Shown here piece by piece: positions 61,083 through 64,000 of a DNA stretch of 64,000 nucleotides. Made by a program: the position numbers and the translations under genes. Positions within the stretch are counted from its first letter, which is position 1, and every line of letters starts with the position of its first letter. Source of the stretch: Salinivirgaceae bacterium (lineage in GTDB: Bacteria > Bacteroidota > Bacteroidia > Bacteroidales > SZUA-534); NCBI GenBank assembly GCA_024405635.1, contig JAKSOL010000012.1:8813-72812 (forward strand), given 5' to 3'. The notes under the pieces were generated by a model. The model worked only from the letters and a program-made list of their open reading frames with translations. It was not told the DNA's origin and searched no databases.

Positions 61083-61312
61083 TGGTCGCGCCATCAGTTG
61101 CGTAGCGGCCACAATGGCAGAACATCAATAAGCCAATCAATCAAGAATATCAAATCAACGCCTACCAAGTTCTACTAACTCGTGCTCGTCAAGGTATGGT
61201 CATCGTTATCCCTAACGGAGATCATGGCGTACCACTAGATGAAACACGTAAGCCAGAGTGGTACGATGGCATTTACAACTATTTGAAGGAAGTAGGCTTT
61301 AAAGAGATATAA
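61083..61312 (+). pseudogene. C-terminal remnant of a DUF2075 (Schlafen group 3-like helicase) gene
   Basis: WQNINKPINQEYQINAYQVLLTRARQGMVIVIPNGD...DETRKPEWYDGIYNYLKEVGFKEI* with no start codon and a frameshift near 61110. Confidence 0.7.
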
Positions 61313-61338
61313 GAGTCAGTAACAGGCAAATTTAAAAT

Positions 61339-61771
61339 ATGAGCAATATTCAATTAGCTATAACCGATCCTGAATACAAACAATGGATTGGCAACATTGA
61401 AAAGCGATTCCGCCAACAGCAGATAAAGGCTGCTGTGCAGGTCAACTCTAGCAAGATTGAGTTCTATTGGAGCCTTGGTCGTGACATCTGCGAGATGCAC
61501 GTTGAGGAGCGTTGGGGCGAATCTGTCATCAAGCAGTTGAGCGAAGATCTGCGTCTTGCAATAGACGAAGCAAAGGGTCTATCACCCGGAAATCTATACT
61601 ATTGCAAGAGGTTCTATCTGCTTTATAGTCAGCTATTTGAAAAAGTTCCCCAAGTTGGGGAAATATTTCACTATAGCCATCACAGCGTACGAGGGCATAC
61701 AAATTCTGCCTGAGAACTTCAACGATACGCTACCAAGCATTGAGGAGTTGGAGGCTGAGATAGAAAAGTAA
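61339..61771 (+). pseudogene. DUF1016/YhcG-family gene with a large internal deletion
   Basis: N-terminus (KAAVQVNS...YWSLG...WG..VI..LS.DL...GLS..NL) is joined out of frame near 61670 to the family's C-terminal tail (AYEGIQILPENFNDTLPSIEELEAEIEK*). Confidence 0.82.
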
Positions 61772-61772
61772 A

Positions 61773-61842
61773 TGTACCCGAAAACGGCATTTTGGGTACA
61801 TAACAAGTGGTAAATGTACCCCAAAAAACAAAAACGGGTACA
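61773..61842. repeat. Two tandem TGTACCC-N14-GGGTACA palindromes, 42-bp period
   Basis: 61773-61800 and 61815-61842; arms identical, spacers differ. Confidence 0.8.
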
Positions 61843-61963
61843 CATCGAATGAACATTGTACTAGAAATAACAATTTGAGACACCAAAGAGATTACAGATA
61901 CACCACATTCACCCAGCAACCCTGTCAACAGGAAGCACGAAAAGATAGATAAAGAACATAACG

Positions 61964-62086
61964 ATGAGCATACAATTCATGCGGGCAACAAGGCCCAGAG
62001 ACATACAGAAACCCCTGACCTACCTCACCCTCCTGAAGATTGCCGGAGGATTGGGTGTGAAGATGGAAGAGCTGGTGAAGGAATAA
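61964..62086 (+). pseudogene. Remnant of an XRE/Cro-type HTH regulator
   Basis: 40-aa ORF ending PLTYLTLLKIAGGLGVKMEELVKE, resembling the C-terminal half of an HTH_3 domain; directly upstream of an MTase. Confidence 0.5.
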
Positions 62087-62184
62087 ACAAAGATAATATA
62101 AAGAATTAGCGAAAAGTGGGAGTAGATATTTATGAAATTAGAATTGAAGAGTTGCAGAAGCTCAATTATTAAACGTAGCAAAAA

Positions 62185-62688
62185 ATGAATAACAAATCAT
62201 ACAACGTGATAGATCTTTTCTGTGGATGCGGAGGATTGTCACTTGGTTTCGAGAAAGTAGGATTCAACGTGCTTCTTGGAATTGACGTGTGGGAGGATGC
62301 TCTTGTGACTTATCGTCATAATCACAAGAATTCGGACACGCTTTGCGGTGATTTATCCACGCTCACACCAGAAGAGGTTGCAGACAAGATAAACCATGAG
62401 AGGGTTGATGTTATCATCGGTGGCCCTCCATGCCAAGGGTTCTCTGTTGCAGGGAAACGTATCGTAGAGGATAAGCGAAATGAACTCTACAAGTCGTTTG
62501 TCAGAATGGTTGCTCACTTCAAACCTAAAACATTTGTATTGGAGAATGTACCCAACATCCTTTCACTTGGCGAAGGTATAATTCGCGATGCAATTGTAAA
62601 GGACTTCTCCGACCTTGGCTATAAGGTTGTTTACAAAGTGCTGTTGACATCTGATTTTGGCATGCCACAGAATAGAAAGTGTGTTTGA
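62185..62688 (+). pseudogene. Truncated C5 cytosine DNA methyltransferase
   Basis: Motifs I (DLFCGCGG), IV (GGPPCQGFS) and VI (ENV) present; ends within motif VIII (PQNRKCV*); no TRD or motifs IX/X. Confidence 0.88.
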
Positions 62689-62690
62689 TC

Positions 62691-63487
62691 ATGGATATAG
62701 TAAGATGTAAACCAGAAAAGGGCAGCCCATGGACAAGAGAAGAAATGATCCTTGTCTTAAACTTGTACATGAAGATTCCATACGGAAAGATGTACAAGTC
62801 ATACCCAGCTGTTAAAGAATTGGCAGAACTCATGGGCCGTTCTCCAAGTACAGTTGCAATCAGGCTAAGTAATTTCGCTTCATGTGATCCAATTCTCAGA
62901 GAACGAAACATCAAAGGTATGGCAGATGGTAGAAAACGTTGCCAACCTTTTTGGGACGAATTCTTTCAAAACAAGGATGCGCTATCTATGAAAGCGAACG
63001 TATATTGGCAGAACTTCAAGGCATGACCATAGAGAGTAAATACGAAAACGAGCTCAAAGATATTCCTGCTCATTTGAAAGGTGAGACACGCATCCGAGAG
63101 GTTAAAACAAGAGTAAATCAGAACGTGTTCAGGAAGATAGTTCTGGCAAATTACGATGGAAAATGCGCATTGACGGGAATTGATATTCCAGAACTTCTCG
63201 TTGCAAGTCACATTATACCATGGGCGGATAATGAACAAGAAAGGCTGAACCCAGAAAATGGTATTTGCCTTTCTTCTCTGTACGACAAATCTTTTGACAT
63301 CGGCCTGATTTCATTCGACGATAATTTGCGAGTGATTTTCTCTCATAGGTTAAAACAAAATGTAGGTAAGGAATATTACGACAAATATTTTATCCCAATA
63401 CAGGGTAAAGACTTGGAATTGCCACAAAAATATCTTCCACAGCCCAAATTCCTGGAATGGCATAGAGATTCAATTTTTGAAAAATGA
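62691..63487 (+). pseudogene. HNH endonuclease (restriction-type), frameshifted
   Basis: N-part WTREE.IL.LNLY..IP.GK...GRSP..V..RL.NF...DP and C-part RVNQ..FR..VL..Y...CALTG....LLVASHIIPW....RLNPENG.CL....DK.FD.G are split by a 1-nt shift near 62985. Confidence 0.82.
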
Positions 63488-63936
63488 TTAAGAATTATAA
63501 AGCACTTTTAAATAAGATTTTAACTCAAGAAGAGTTGGCAGAGACCTATAAGACATTTGCAAGCGAACAGGAATTTGTCAATTATCTTATTTCTTTACCT
63601 ATAATCAATCGGCATGATTGGGCAGAAGAAAGTATGGATACTCCTATACATGAGTTTATCAACAAGCGATTGAAAGCTTTTGGGGTTGAAACACTAAAAT
63701 TAGAACGGGCTACGTATTGGGAGAATTTTACAAAATACAATCAAAATCCTAAACGTGGCGATTGGATTGTCTATGCTCTTGCATGTTATGATGCCTCTAT
63801 CAGAAGGCATGGTTATAGATTGATTCTTGCAGACACGTTAGATGATACCTATAGAATCATGGTCGTGGAGAAAGCTAATGCGACAAAACTTCATCAAATC
63901 GAGTCAGAACAGATTTCCTTCAAATATGTGAATTGA
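63484..63936 (+). CDS. Hypothetical protein (possibly DUF6630-like)
   Basis: 150-aa ORF coupled by ATGA overlap to the HNH gene; DW..E and D..DTY motifs only loosely recognised. Confidence 0.55.
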   Translation: MIKNYKALLNKILTQEELAETYKTFASEQEFVNYLISLPIINRHDWAEESMDTPIHEFINKRLKAFGVETLKLERATYWENFTKYNQNPKRGDWIVYALACYDASIRRHGYRLILADTLDDTYRIMVVEKANATKLHQIESEQISFKYVN

Positions 63937-64000
63937 ATGACACGCGAAGAAGCCATAGCAGCAGGCATGGAGGTGCATGAGATACAACACTCGATGAAGA

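Noticed and set aside
60816-61112. 98-aa minus-strand ORF
   Set aside because: No recognisable motif and its 5' part overlaps the DUF2075 remnant; may be a gene fragment but cannot be supported.
62353-62361. DnaA-box-like TTATCCAC sequence
   Set aside because: Single imperfect copy inside a coding remnant; no origin-like cluster.
63938-64000. Start of another ORF (MTREEAIAAGMEVHEIQHSMK)
   Set aside because: Only 21 codons visible at the window edge; cannot be assigned.

Overview
Bacteroidales-type chromosomal segment, judged from repeated TAnnTTTG -7 promoter elements, porD, a RemB-like gene and N-succinylornithine-type argF'. A housekeeping core (tsaB, pyrC, grpE-dnaJ, mpl, two tonB, coaBC-rpoZ-bamD, crcB, argF', purT, lon, gluQ, tRNA-His, tRNA-Lys) is flanked by two accessory ends. 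Left end: a GC-richer TANFOR-like secreted-protein locus whose first codons are split by a 74-nt repeat-containing insert, plus a decayed IS3-family element. Right end: a REP-like palindrome cluster followed by fragments of defence genes (DUF2075 helicase tail, internally deleted DUF1016, HTH tail, truncated C5 methyltransferase, frameshifted HNH nuclease). The best candidate for an under-described system is the five-gene operon at 7611-12321: circularly permuted ATP-grasp ligase, alpha-E protein, transglutaminase and two M14/ASPA peptidase paralogues, one of which has lost its catalytic residues. Other notable signals are a poly-A frameshift in the signal peptide of a FadL-like gene, a nested 7-bp-periodic repeat between divergent promoters, a tandem TGTACCC-N14-GGGTACA site, and shared ECF-type and sigma54-like promoter motifs. 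All family calls come from motif recognition by eye; no database searches were run.
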